The notes beneath the pieces were generated by a model. The model saw only the letters and a program-made list of their open reading frames with translations, ran no database searches and was not told the origin of the DNA. A stretch of DNA of 64,000 nucleotides from Vicugna vicugna (taxonomy: Eukaryota): the NCBI GenBank assembly GCA_013265495.1, contig MU058337.1:1418777-1482776 (forward strand). Reading direction: 5' to 3'. Each line of letters starts with the position of its first letter. Position 1 is the first letter of the stretch. This document shows, in pieces, positions 1 through 13,367 of the stretch. A program made the translations under genes and the position numbers.

Positions 1-1184
1 TAATCAATTCCTATCTTTGCCAAATAATGAACACATTTTAAGGAGACTTGAGAATCTAACTGCTTTGATTCTTTTTACCATGGCTCCTGAAATCTTGAAA
101 ACATTTCAAAGCATCTACCTCAGTTATCTAAAGATGGGTGTAACTCATCGTGTTATGAACAGTAGTAGTCTTTTTTTTTTATTTCTATGCAATGCCCTTG
201 AGAAATGAGATAGCCAGAAATTATTACAGCTACTAGCATCTCAGGACACTTTGCAGAATAGCTGCAAAGAGATTTCAAGGTTAGAAAAGAATTATGCATG
301 AGAGATTGATCTTCGGTTGACTCAAAATCTTGGTAGAATTTAGCCTTTAAGTTTACTGGTTATTTAAATTAGCATTACACATACACACAAAGACTTACTT
401 TGCAATGTTTTTGTTTTTCCAACTAAAAGACACTGTTTCAAAATAGCATAGTAAACATTAAGGATTTTAGACATATTTCAAAGAGCTATTCTCTTTTTTC
501 AATTATTTTTAATTTCAAGAAGAATTTATATGTTGGACATTTGCAATAATAGCGTTTGCTGTGCAAAAAGAACAAATGGAGAGTACGCCTGACAGATTAA
601 GTTCTATTTCAGGGTTCAGTTACAAGTAAAGAAAGGGAGAAGAAGACAAGAGAGGTAAAATTACAGAATGATCATGTGTTCCAAAAGAAATCCATCATCC
701 AACTTTTTCTGCAGGATATCAGTTGATAGCATCAAAAGATAAAAGTCTCATTTGCCAATCACATCTCCTAAATAGGAAAACATTTTAAGTGCCAGGCAGA
801 ATCCAGTTTATAAATGTTCAGATGTGCTCCAGATTATGTCCTCAGGAAATCTAAGTTACGTGTTCTTCTAAGGGAAATCTTAAAAGGAGTAATTATTGAA
901 ATGATATTATGCTGAGTTCTTCCAGACTGTTATTATATTCACAGGATTCTCCTGTGGTTTATGTTCCCGTCCTCAGCTGGCTACTTAAAGCCAGCCCTGC
1001 AGTTTTCTTTCCCTGACATCTAAGTTGCTTTCATTGTACAATGGCTTTCATTTGCTTTTCATGTCAAATTCAAATTTGAATAGTCTTTCAGTGTTTGTCC
1101 ACCTCTAACCAAATAATAGAAACCTGCCTGGTAAAAGGACTATTAATCATATAAAGAATAGCTCAAGAACATGCAAATGAAACA

Positions 1185-1495
1185 AAAAGACTGAAGGTGA
1201 ACATTACTGTTATCTTTAGATATCTGAAGGGCTGTAGAGTGAAAGAGACATTGTATTTATCTTGTGAACTCCAGACAGCTTAACTAGGATCAAGCGGTGG
1301 GTAATTCAGCCCAGGAGGAAAAAGACTTCAACACTCACATTTGTCCCAAATGAGAATGGGCTGTTTGGTAAAAAATTAAGCTAAGGCTGGTTATTTATCT
1401 GGTAGAAAAACAATGAGGAAATATCTCAATTGGGAAGAAGTTTCTTAACCTGGTTAATTGCTAGGGGATCTTTCAACTCCAGAGTCTCTGACTAG
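1185..1495 (+). mobile_element. L3/CR1 LINE 3' fragment (ancient)
   Basis: TCTTTAGATATCTGAAGGGCTG...AACTAGGATCAAG...TTTCAACTCCAGAGTCTCTGA resembles the CR1/L3 3' end as recalled. Confidence 0.55.
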
Positions 1496-1657
1496 GTAGG
1501 CTTCCATTCCCTCTCCCCGCTAACTGACCACCCAACTCCATCTTCCCATCTACCCCACCTGGTAACTGGCTTATGCGGCAGCACTCTTTGCTTCTGTTTC
1601 TTTACCACCAAATTGTCTCTGTTCCAGACTGCAGTATTCTCCAAACTACATGATCAA

Positions 1658-1812
1658 AAGCAAGTTATTTAACTACTCAGGTCTGTAAATTCCTACCTAC
1701 CTCAAGGGGTGGTTGTGAGAAATAAATAAGATGATTTCTGTAAAGAATTTAGCACAACTCCTGGCACATAGTAATTACTACACAATGTTTGGTCTTATTA
1801 GCCATTATTATT
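1658..1812 (+). mobile_element. MIR SINE fragment
   Basis: CAAGTTATTTAAC...ACCTACCTCAAGGGGTGGTTGTGAGA...CCTGGCACATAGTAA...ATTATTATT is the MIR core and tail. Confidence 0.8.
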
Positions 1813-2224
1813 GCACCCAACTCCCAGATCACTGTCTCCAAGAGGCATGCGTGCACTAATCAGACCCAGGTTTGGTCGACTCACTGAAGCAATTTCTCTC
1901 ACTCTTAGACATGCAGCTATTTCCAGCTGTTTTGAATTTGCTAAGAGACTTTTGGATAGACTGGCAGAATTATAAGGGGTCCTCATATGAGAAACATACC
2001 TGTAAAAAGCAAAAATCTACTGAACTTGCTGCCACTCCATCTAGAAGTATTGCAAAAATACAAAATGCCCATTTGAGCAAAGGGAACATCAGGTCTTCTT
2101 AGGATGGCCCAGTCTCTGGCCAGGTTTAAACTAGAGTCAAATCAGAAAATGGCATAAACACTGACAAGTCCCGCCCTGAAAAATAAAAGGAACAACAAAC
2201 CCAAACTTCAGACATTCAACAAAA

Positions 2225-2530
2225 TAATTGACCAGTACCCCTTGAAAGTGTCAGATATGTGAAAGACAAGGAAACTGAGAAATGGTCATAATTTAGAGGA
2301 GATTAATGACTAAATGCAACACGGAATCCCAGACTGGATCCGGGAGCAGAAAACAGCCATTACATGAAAAACTGGTGAAACTCTAATATGGTTTGTAATT
2401 TAGCCCAGAGTATTGTATCCTCGTTCATTTCCTGAGTTTGGTCATCATACTTTGGTTACATGAGATGTTGCCATAGAGGACATTTGCACTATTTCTGTAA
2501 ATTTTCTAATTCTAAACCTTTTGAAAGAAA
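2225..2530 (+). mobile_element. L1MC-type LINE-1 3' UTR fragment
   Basis: GACTAAATGCAAC...ACTGGATCCGGGAGCAGAAAA...AAAACTGGTGAAACTCTAATATGG...CATTTCCTGAGTTTGGTCAT resembles L1MC4-like 3' ends. Confidence 0.65.
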
Positions 2531-2786
2531 AAGGATAAAAGCAGTAAAATATAGAAGAATAACGCAAAAGAATGTTTGAAAATTTTTAAATGTCCATAAA
2601 TTTACTGTAAGGTAAAACATTAAAATATAAAAGATAAACTCAGTAAATATAAAGAGGACAAAAAGGATAAATACAGAAAAGATAGTATCACAAGCAATGA
2701 TTACTCTTATGCCCCCTTTCATGAAACACAAATATACAGCACACTGAGATGAAGAAAAAGCAACTTGTAAAAATTGTAAAATCAAT

Positions 2787-3228
2787 TGCTGTGGACTGAA
2801 TTGTGTCACCCTACATTCTTATGTGGGAGCCCAATACCCAATGTGACAGCATTTGTCTACAGGGCCTTTGGGAGGTAATTAAGGTCAAATGAGGTTATAA
2901 GGGTGGGGCCTTGATCCAATGGGATTAGCGTCCTCATGAGAAGAGACACCAGAGAGCTTGGTCTCCCTCTCTCTGGTTCTTTCCCTCTCTCCCTCTCTCT
3001 CTTTCCTTCTCTCTGTCTCCCTCTCTCCCTCTCTCTCCCTCCTCTCTCTGTGCCATGTGAAGACACAGTGAGAAGGCTCTAAGCCAGGAAGAGGGATCTC
3101 ACAGAATCCAGCCCTGATGGACCTTGACCCTGAACCTCCTGTCTCCAGAACTGTGAGAAAATAAATTTCTGTTGTTTCGGATACCTGGTCTGTGGTATAT
3201 CATTACAGCAGCCTGAACCAATAAATCA
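2787..3228 (+). mobile_element. MLT1A/B-type MaLR solo LTR with internal (CT)n tract
   Basis: TGCTGTGGACTGAATTGTGTC start; GGGAGGTAATTAAGG...AAATGAGG; CCAGAACTGTGAGAAAATAAATTTCTGTTGTT near the end. Confidence 0.88.
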
Positions 3229-3239
3229 GTGCATTTGTT

Positions 3240-3481
3240 TTCTCTGACCCTCCTTTCATCTTCACATCTCTCTCTCTCTGACCATAGCTGAGAAAGGTTC
3301 CATCCTTTTCAGAACTCCGGTGACCAGATGGGACCACTCTGATAATCCAAAATAAAATCCCTATGTCGAGGTCCATACCTTTAACCACATCAGCAAAGTC
3401 CCTTTTGCCATGTGGTCACATATTCCCAGGTTCCATGGATTAGGTCTGGCTATCTGTGGGGGCCATTACCTGCCCACCACA
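3240..3481 (-). mobile_element. MLT1D/E-type MaLR LTR, 5' half
   Basis: ACATCAGCAAAGTCCCTTTTGCCATGTGGTCACATATTCCCAGGTTCC...GGGGCCATTACCTGCCCACCACA is the reverse-strand MLT1 5' end. Confidence 0.8.
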
Positions 3482-6400
3482 ATTAATCTCCACTGACATA
3501 AGAAAACCAACAAGGATTCAAATGCACAAGACTATCAGGAAGATATGAAACCCTTTAGACCAGATCAGTTTACTGGGAACCTGTACATAACTTCCCTGAC
3601 ACATGAGCACAGAACAGCACAGCTAGCGACGCCCTGATGATACATACGCTCTCACCTGGTAGATGAGGCTGAAGAAGGAAAGAAGAGAAAACACAAAACT
3701 CATTGTTTATTCACATGCCACACGGAACAGGCTGAGCTTCCAAGAGATGAGAGGAAGAGAGAAAACTGCGAAGTCAAACAGTAGCTGTGATTTTCCCTCC
3801 TGAAAAAAATGTTCTGTGTTGGAGATATCAGGCCTATGTTTTGCAACTGTAGGTCAGAGGTGACTCTGAGGAGAAAAACATGTGCTCACCCACCAAACTA
3901 AAAGATGGTCTTACAAATCAGTTTAAATCCACCTTCTCATCAAAATGATCAACTCAGGCAAAAAAAAGAGAGAGAGAGAGAGAGGAGCAAACCTAGATGT
4001 TCAGAGTAGCACAGATACACAAAGAGCAAGCACTTCTCCCAGGAATAAGCCAATTAGAAAACATAATGGAAGAAAAACTGCATTCAAAAGAGTAACTCTG
4101 AGCATGAAATAACGTATAAGGTATCAAAAATTAATAAAAATTACAAAGATTGAGCAAGGGTCATGGAAGCAGTCCTCACTGTATGGAGAGGTAAATGTCA
4201 TGGATGAGAATGTTCTAGTATCAGCCTTGAGGAAGGGCAGAAGTTAGAGTGAGCAGAGGAAGCTATTGAAAGGAAGAAAAACAGCTTAATACCTTGACCT
4301 CATTTATTTTGGGGCCTATTTAATTTTTTGATGTTAGTCTCTTATCTACTGCACGTCACGTACTTTGTCCAAAGCATGCATAATTGTTTCCCTGAACACA
4401 ATGAGGGATAAAGTAGCCTGCTCCATTACTTTTTTGGGTGAAGTTGTCATGTATGAATCTCCGCTCTCCCCATATGAGTTTAACCCTCAAAAAACAGGGG
4501 TAATCCTTACATAGCCACATAATGCCTACTTCAGTTCCCATCACTTTGATTTACTGGTACTGAAATCCTAATATTCAAAATTATTTGCTAAGGAACAACC
4601 AAAAGTGGATAGGAATTATTTTCCATTTTATAAGAACTTCTACCCTACTGTTCCATTTTTAACCAGCCTATATTGTAATATATGTAAAAGGGAGAGTAGA
4701 CTGACTTGATTTGTTTTGATCTTTTCATTTTTCAAAATACTCTTCATATGGGCTTTATTATCATGAAATCTGTTTCACATTATTAAAACCAGCAGGGTAA
4801 GACACTGGCAATCATAGAAGAGTTATAGTTTATTTTACATTATGGTTTAAAATGCCATCTTAGCCCTTTATCTCCAACATCCTTAAATATATGAGAGATT
4901 TTCTATAATATTGAAATTTTAAGTACTGTATATTCTAAGTTACTGGATATTTTAGGCTTCTGCTTCTTAGACATGTCTGAAATGATCATTTATAAGTTTA
5001 AATAGCAGATCTTTCATGTTTAGAGATTTATGACTTCATGTTTAGAAGTTAAACATATTTAGAGATTTGTAATGAAAATCTCTGGGTATTATAATATCTG
5101 AATAAAAGGTGTTCAAAATGACAAACAAAATATGCAAGAAGTAATTTTTATAATTTTATAATTTGCAATTCTTCCATATCTGCTTTATCATCTACCCACT
5201 CTAAAAAAATTATTATGAAAAAGTTATAGAGTTACAAAGGTGTTTACATAACACAGCTCTTTTAACACTTGAATTCTCTCTCCAGCTGGGCAGCGATAGT
5301 CATATGGTCAAACTGTGGCATACTTGCTTCAGATATTTTTATTTTGCTGATTTATTAAATCTGCTTAACTCTTCATCTAGCCTGGAGCAAGATCCCACAG
5401 GGCACAGATCACACAGGAAGGGAAATCATCAAAGTGTATATAACACTGAAAGAGCAAGAAGTTCGAAATGAGAGACCACACATCCGCAGCTGGGAGAGTC
5501 AGCAGCAAAATGGACAAGAGAACAGTGAAGAGTTAAGTAAGGAGACGAGGACCTGGAAGCGCACACCATTCTCAGGTGAGAGCAGCCAGGGTGAGTCCTC
5601 ATGCACCCATTTCAGTCAGGTGGGCCACTGGCTTACAGCAGTGGGGCGGGGCCGGGCTGACCCGGCCATGGTCAAGAAAGGCAGAGGTGGCCAAAGCACC
5701 TACATCATAATCCAGTTCAGAAGGAAAACAAATTGCTGCAGTCTGAGGCAGACTGTCACAAAGTGTGGCTTCAGGACCCGGAATGTTACTGACCAACTGA
5801 TATCGCTCAACAGATATCAGTGCAAATAATATATAAGAAGCCATGAGCACTATTTGAGGCAAATGATTACTTAGGGAGTAAGGGAAGGAGATGCCATTAA
5901 GAAGTTTCCAACCCTATGGAGGTTAAACAATACATGTTGGCTGAAATACAAAAATGTGCATTTCTGAAGGATGATAAGAACTACAAGTATATAATAAGCA
6001 AAACAACCAGTTCATATAAGATACAAATATACAAACTTAAATAAATATAGTGTCCATCAAAGACATAAATATAGAGACACAAGATACAAATACACAAGTT
6101 GCCATAAATATACTAAACAGTCATAGTACATACACATTAAATCTTAACCCTCCTGAGCGCCCTGACTTGTCACCTCCACTGTGGTTTTCAGTGAGTACAA
6201 ATAAGCAGGAATGCAGAATATGATCAAAAAACATACAGTTCAACCCAGCTGATTAAGCCTTGCTTCTGCCCTTTCTGCTCCATCCTTGTTCTGTATGCCG
6301 TCTCCTGCCCTCCTGCAGAGGCCCTCACCCTTTCTCTGTGCTTCCTTCCCCAAGAAGCAGTTCATTATCACCTGCACCATCAAGCGATGTTTCCACACAA

Positions 6401-8042
6401 AATAAAGCCTTCCACAAGGAACCTGAGAGGTTTTCTCCAGCTATATAAATAATCCAGACAATCCTCATTTTCCCTTTAACATCTGTGTAGGGTTGGTTTT
6501 AGTTTGTTGCTCATTTTTTCTGGAATTGTAAGGGAAAGAGAATCTTTCCTTAAGATATCTTCCTTTACCTGATGCTAAAGTCATCAGATCAACCACTCTG
6601 TGAAAGTGTAGGGAAGCTAATTACAAAAATAATGGGTTTTTTTTTCCCTTTAGCTGTTTATGCAGTTACTGGTGTAAAACTATATAGTAACTGCTTGCTT
6701 TATCCCAAGACATCAAACTGCAGTGGAAGAAAGAAGGGTGAGAGGGATGGGGAAGAAAGGAGAGGCAGATGTCTTGTCAGACCCGCTTTACTTTGTAGAC
6801 GGTACCTCTCCAACACTCTCCTTAAGAATTACTTCATTTCCAGAATAGCTCCTCAGTCCCTAAACCCGGAAAATGGTTCCAAAAGTAATGGTCCCAGAAC
6901 AGCCCCCGACCCCTCCCCAGGCCTCCATCTGTCCCACTGTCCTCTTAATGTCCTTTTCTTTGGATCCCTGGGGGCTTCAGCCAATAGTAAAATGAAACTA
7001 CAAGTCTTAAACCTTGATCTCTTCTGAATATAAGTCATTGCAAACACTTTGGCCTCAATCCTTAGGGCCCAAATAGCATAATTTTTTAAATTGTTGATAT
7101 ATACCCTTTTAATTATTATTCCCAGGATTGTAAAAAAAAAATCTACCGAGATCCAGCCACCTCTCACCTTGTCTCTTTATTTTTCCTTTTGTGCGACAAG
7201 AATCTCATGTCTTTTTCTCACATTAGCCCATTATTCGTGTTCACCGCAAGGCTGTATTCCCATCTGTACGTGACACAATGTGTCATTGTCCGAGGGCTAC
7301 CTACATCAGCCTGCTCTGGAGGAAAAGAGCTTTAGCCACACACAAGAACTGAATCTGTTCAGACTGCCCACTTCAATCACTTGGTTAAGTATAGTGCAAT
7401 GAGTGACAATACATTTTTTTTTATTCTCACTAGGGACAGAACGATGTTTAATTAGGCATTTAAAAGCGACTGTTAACTTATACAGACCTCATCCCAAATG
7501 GTGTTTCAGCCAGCTCAGTGATCTGAAACACCAATTAGTTTCAATTCGCACTTATTACCTGTCCCTCATTAAAGCACTTAGATCAGAATCTAAATTCTTT
7601 CCTATTCAAGAAAGTGTTGATGTTTTACTATAAGAGGAATATGTACATATATACAGTCCTTCAGAAAAAACTTCCTGCTAAGTATCTTCCTATGCTTTTC
7701 TTTTTCAATCATATCAGCATGCAGAGCAGCTTCTCCCAAAAATGCCCTTTGTTGAGACTGGGTGTTCTTGCTCTGAAGTCCTGTTTATTGCAGAGGCCTT
7801 CAGGGAGGGCGCGGGCAGCTGCATCTGTCATGGACCTACAGGACTCCAGGCTGTGCCACCCTGGCCCCTGTGTAGGGCGTGGCCTCTCCGCAAGCCCTCC
7901 CCTCAGATGGAGCGGACAGCTCCACGCCTAGCCTCTTGCATGGGCTCCTGGGCTTCCTGCCCACAGAAGTGCATGTCTTTGGCTCACCTGAAAATCCAGC
8001 TTAAGTACAACGGAAAGGATGCAGAAAGAACATGGCAGGAGG

Positions 8043-8512
8043 TGTGTGAGGTTCTGCCAGAGAAACAGAACCACTCAGACACAGGTAGATGATAGATTAT
8101 AGGTAGATAGAAGGTAATAGATACATAATAGATGGATTTTAATGAACGGGCCCATGTGATCATGGGGGCTGGCTAGCCCCAAATCCATAGAGCAGGTTAC
8201 CAGGCTAGGAATTCAGGGAGGAGTTGATGTTGCAGTCTTGAGGCTGAATTCCACAAGGCCACAGGCTGAACGCGTAGGCAGGTCTTCCACGTTGCCATTT
8301 GGAGAAGAATTCTTTCTTCTTTGCGAAACCACAGTCTTTTCTCATAAGGCCTTCAACTGCAACTGGTGAGGTTCACCCTCACTATGGAGGGTAATTGGCT
8401 TTCCTCAAAGTCTGATCATTAAAACGTTAGCCTGAAAAGTATCTTCACAGCAAGGTCCAGACCAGTGTTTAATCAAACTGGGCACCAAGCTAACACATAA
8501 AATCAACCACCA
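8043..8512 (-). mobile_element. MLT2-type ERVL LTR
   Basis: GGTTCTGCCAGAGAAACAGAACCA, a (GATA)-like tract, AAGGCCTTCAACTG...ATGGAGGGTAAT and terminal ACACATAAAATCAACCACCA, typical of MLT2 in reverse orientation. Confidence 0.85.
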
Positions 8513-8961
8513 AGGGAGGAGGCCACAGACTAGAATTTACATCACAGTTCTGTCATTCAAATGACTCCAAGACTTTCCTCAGGCCTCTGCTTCCCTTCTG
8601 TAATGGGCCTCCCCAAATGAAATAAATGAGAATAAATATGCTTTAGGATTGTCTGAAGGATGAGGACTGTTTGGTTAATAAAGCTGGATCTCCTCTTACT
8701 GATTTGCCACCAATGATGTACTAAAGGGTCATCCGAATTTAAATTCAGATAATTATCAAACTAGTCATATTTTCTTGTATTCAAACAAACACTCTCACGC
8801 AGTAGAGTTCAGGTAGATTTCAGTCGTTCTGTATTAGAGGCAGTTATAGTCTTGAGGGTCTGGATGGACATACAATGAACTCATTTAGTTAACTCAGATG
8901 ACTCAAACATCCAGCAAGAGTGCTTTGTACCAGGAAGATAATTTACTAATGTCCAACAGAA

Positions 8962-9125
8962 GCATGGCTGTATAGTGTGAAGGGTACCATGGTAGAAGTT
9001 ATGTACCCTAACTGCATGACTCTGAATCAGTCATTTGACCTCTCTTGACCTCAATTTCCTTTCTAGAAGATAAGAAGTTTGGACAAAATGATTTTAACAT
9101 TCCTTCCAATTTCAAATTGGAATCT
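8962..9125 (+). mobile_element. MIR/MIR3 fragment
   Basis: CAGTCATTTGACCTCTCTTGACCTCAATTTCCT core, followed by AATGATTTTAACATTCCTTCCAATTTC tail. Confidence 0.55.
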
Positions 9126-9934
9126 ATTAGGATTCATGTTTTCTTTCTGAGTGGTTTATAGTCATTAAGGAGTATTTGATGTTGGTTAAGTCAAATGTGT
9201 TAAGCTTGTAAGTGCGTTAAGGCATATAGGTAATAGGAAGCTTCAAGACTAAAAGATTTTATTTTCCTGGGCTCCAGGTCACATAGCGTAATAACTATTT
9301 ACATTAGCTACAGCAATGAAATCAGTTAACAGTTCTATTTTTATATTATCTCTTCAAACTTTTTATTCTCAAAAGGTCTTGAGACTAAATCTTCCATTAG
9401 CCAATTTGGTTTCAGCCATTTTTCTCTGACAGTATCTAGGGTGATCTCTATCAGACTCGTTCTTTCTCCAGTTTAATACTCCTCAGTGGGATACGCTACT
9501 CATAGGGATTAATGGTCCGTATTATTACACCTTTTTGATCAGTTTAGATTCTTCTTACTATTTTTAACTGCTCAGTCTTTGCTTCTAAACTGCAAGGTAC
9601 CTTAGAGGATAACATTTGAAACAGGTCTATTTTCAGAAACAAAACTCAGTAGTAACCCATTCCTTGTAAAAGGAACAACAGTATTTGTTAAGTAGATAAA
9701 TAAGTAAATTAACAAAGAGTAATGAAGAAATACTCTAAAAACGTCAAATCTTCTAATTGATTGTTGTGCGCCCATAGTGCTTAGTACATAGGGCCTGCTT
9801 CATAGACATATATTAAAAATAGGTGCAAAAAATTAGAGAAAATGTGTACAAAGAAAGACAGGAGTGCAATATCAAAGTGCTGAGGACACAGCCATATACC
9901 TAGCCTTGTCTCCACATTTCTCTCACCCCATCTA

Positions 9935-10050
9935 ACATTCATTCAACAAACATTTATTGAGCATCTGCTCTGTGCCTGGCACTCTGTCAGCCACTGAGAA
10001 CACAGCAGTGAGCGAAACAGGAAGGATTCCTGCCCTCCCTGAACTTATAC
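9935..10050 (-). mobile_element. L2 LINE 3' end
   Basis: CATTCATTCAACAAACATTTATTGAGCATCTGCTCTGTGCCTGGCACT...CCTGCCCTC is the reverse-strand L2 terminus. Confidence 0.8.
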
Positions 10051-11954
10051 CCCTTCACTTCTCTACTCAAAACCATACAATCAGGGCAGCAAAAAAAGAT
10101 GATGCCTCTACTACAAACTAAGAAATCTAGGAGGCTTTTTTTTTAGGGTTGTTCATTTGGTGTTTGATAAAATGCTCAGCATATACTTCAGTGATCAGGC
10201 CACCATTTTTCTTTTAAAATAAAGAATCTGAACCAGCTTGTTTATGTAAGATGCTCGGGCTCTGGTCAACACACAGCCAAAACTGGCAGCAGGCAGGACT
10301 TTTTCTGGGTGTCGTTATCAGCAATGACCTCGGAGGACTGACTGTGGGACCACGAATGACTCAGGAGGACAGGCATCCTAGGCTGGTGCCGACGTCACTG
10401 GGGATGAACCTGTGTGCCGGGCAGTTCCATGCTGTCCCACAAGTTTGTAACCTTGTGAGTATGACGTTGCATCCCAATTCAGCATGTAGGCATGTTCCCT
10501 CACGAAATACTGATTTCCCCCCTCTTTTTCAATGTCACGTCTATCAGTACCAAAAAGAATTTTAAGAACAAAATAATTGATTCAAAGGCATCACAAATAG
10601 TGTCAAAAAGAGATAAAATTCTAACTAGCCCATTGAAACGGGTATTGAGTGCATGAATAAAAGATTTAGTAAGAAATGTGGTAGGAATTATTGGCTAGAA
10701 TCAGGCTTGGGGTTTTCTATGATTTAAAATTATTTACGCAGCCTAGCAATCATCGATGGAGCCCCTACTGATTGCCAGTGTGGTGTAAGACCCTGGGGAC
10801 ACAAAGATGGATAGAGGCATAGCCCTGTCTCATGGCTGGGCCTCAGTCACCAGTCAAATCCGGTTTCGCACGCTGAGATTAACCCTGTTAACATTTGGTT
10901 CTTTTATGCGCCAGGAAAACACAGGCTCTGTAATTATGTCTACATCATCTTTCAACATTTCTCCTTCCGAAAATATAACGATGTTTGTAATGAGCGTTCA
11001 TTAAAATGCTTCACGTACCATCTTCATTCTCTTTTACTAATGCTGTTCTCTGTGTGAAAACTGGTAACTCATGATTGGTGTTAATCAGAACATGAAATTA
11101 ACCACATCTTCACCAGTAGTTTTAATAACAAAAGAATACTAAGCTTGCAGAAGAGGCTTATTATAAAAGTTATACAGTACATGGAAGCTTTTCAGCCGAG
11201 AGAATTTCCAAGCATGTAATTCATGGGCTGCTGCCAGACCCTCCCCAGCCTTAAGTTAAGATTGTTGTCCAAATTGCCTTTTTATGCCCAGGAATCCTGC
11301 ACCATCCCCGAGCTTGGCATATAAATGCGGATCATTTGCTTCTGTCACGCCTGCAACCCTCTTCTACTGATTACATCAGTCAGACGAGATGACTGCTGAT
11401 CTGCATCTTAGAGACGGCATTAGAAAAATGATTTTGAAGACTCTTGATAAACCTCCTCAAAATTCCACTTACAACTCTAAATATTAGGTACTTCCCTTTT
11501 GCAGGAAAATAAAAAGGTTAAAAAAATCATTATAACTGTCACCTCCACCCCAATCTCTCTTTCCTATTTCTATCACAATCTGGCTAGACTATAAATAAGG
11601 TTTAAAAACTACAGGTCTTATCTAGCAGAGGGAAATGTCCCATGTCAAGCCTAGTTTAAATTTTATTTGCTATCATTCAAATATATTTTTCTTGGTCTGT
11701 TATCTTATTACATTTTTCTGTCAAGTATTAGAACTCCATGAACAGCCATAGAAACAGCTTTCCTGATACTAAGAAACATACCAACTTCTATAAAGATGAA
11801 TACTAACGCATCTGCACAATTAATTCAAATGTTCTTAGCTCCTTCCTTGTCAGTAGCAAATAGAATAGAAGCGAAAAAACAATGCTCATCATTAAAACAA
11901 TAATGATAATAACTCAGTAGGTAGCAAATTATGTCAGCAGACAGTATCATTTAC

Positions 11955-12013
11955 CTATTTATTTAGTAGGACATTTACTTAATATGTTTCAAAAAGGATT
12001 TCAGGTGGCTTTA
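11955..12013 (-). mobile_element. L4 (RTE-X) 3' terminus fragment
   Basis: Reverse complement TAAAGCCACCTGAAATCCTTTTTGAAAC...TAAATAAATA resembles the recalled L4 3' end. Confidence 0.45.
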
Positions 12014-13367
12014 GTCATTGCTAATTAATTAATTAATTAAAGTATGTTCATTTGTTGAAAGCAAGTTTTTAACTTGAGCTTAACGGAATTGTTAGGTAGA
12101 AAGTTGGACAAATGATACCCAAGGCACTTAGAGAAAATTGTACAACATCTCATACAGTGAAAAGAAGGACAACTTAGCTGGACTGGAATCAGTGGACTCT
12201 AGAAATGATTTGAGTTCGCCCAGACTTTCGTAATTACTTTCAGTTCTGTAGTTTTCTTGACATTTGAAATTTCTTAAGTAAGGCTCCAAAACCTTACTTA
12301 ATACTGAGCCAGTGTATTTGCTGCCAAGGAAGGTCACTGCTGAATGAGTCTCCCCTTCCCTCCAGGGCCGTGGATCCACAGGGAAGTATTTTCTTCCCAT
12401 TTTGTACTTATTTTGAGACAAGCATTCAGTGACCTCAAAATCAGACGCCCACTTGTATCAGGCTCCTTGGTCCCTTCATGACTTAGGCCAATGCTCTCTC
12501 TCTCATTTTATTCATAAAAACTAAGAGGAAAAGGAGCGAGACAACTTGTTTACTGCGCATCATACAATTTAACAGGGATGAGTGAGAAAAAAAGATAGTA
12601 ACCCTGTCTTCCATTCTCTCTACCAACCAACACACCCAGTGCTACACAAAATACACTCATGAGGAATAGATGCAGTGGCACAAATCCTTTTAAATCCTTA
12701 GAAAATTCAGCATCTCTTCCATGACAGTTTTCACGTTTCTTCCTTATCACACATTTTACGGGCAAATCACACAAACAATGTGTTTGAGATTTATTTTCTC
12801 CCCTTTCCCAAATCTATGTGTTAAAAAATAAAGAGGCCAATTTTGCCTGAGACACTCACTTCAGGACTCGTCCTTACACACCTGCTTTCCTTCTTCCTCA
12901 TTTCTGTTCCTCTCCAAGTTCTGAAAACTGGACCCCCATTGAACATGATGCTCAAAGTTGGGGTTGGACACATCAGCCAGATTTACCCTGATAAAGATTT
13001 CTACAACATAAACGATACCGTTGTGCTGCCTCCCCCAGGTATGTTACTTTAGGAATAAAAGGTTTTATCAGTAGTTACAGCAACTGTGTGCATTAGAGGC
13101 ACAAAGTATGGTCCTAATTAGCTTTACTGATTAGAAGAGCAGCATATGCTGAGTTCCTTCCTCTGTTGATAAAAAATATCACCATGTGAAAGTGATATTG
13201 AGCAGTAAACAACCATGAAGGGATGAAAAAGAGAAAAGTGGAAAAGATCATCTCTTTTCAAGTTTATGGTCTAGTAGGAGGTGAACAAAATAAATACACA
13301 AATAATTATAGTACAGGCATAATAATATAAAAGTCAGTAGCAATACAATGTAATTTAAGAGAAGGAA

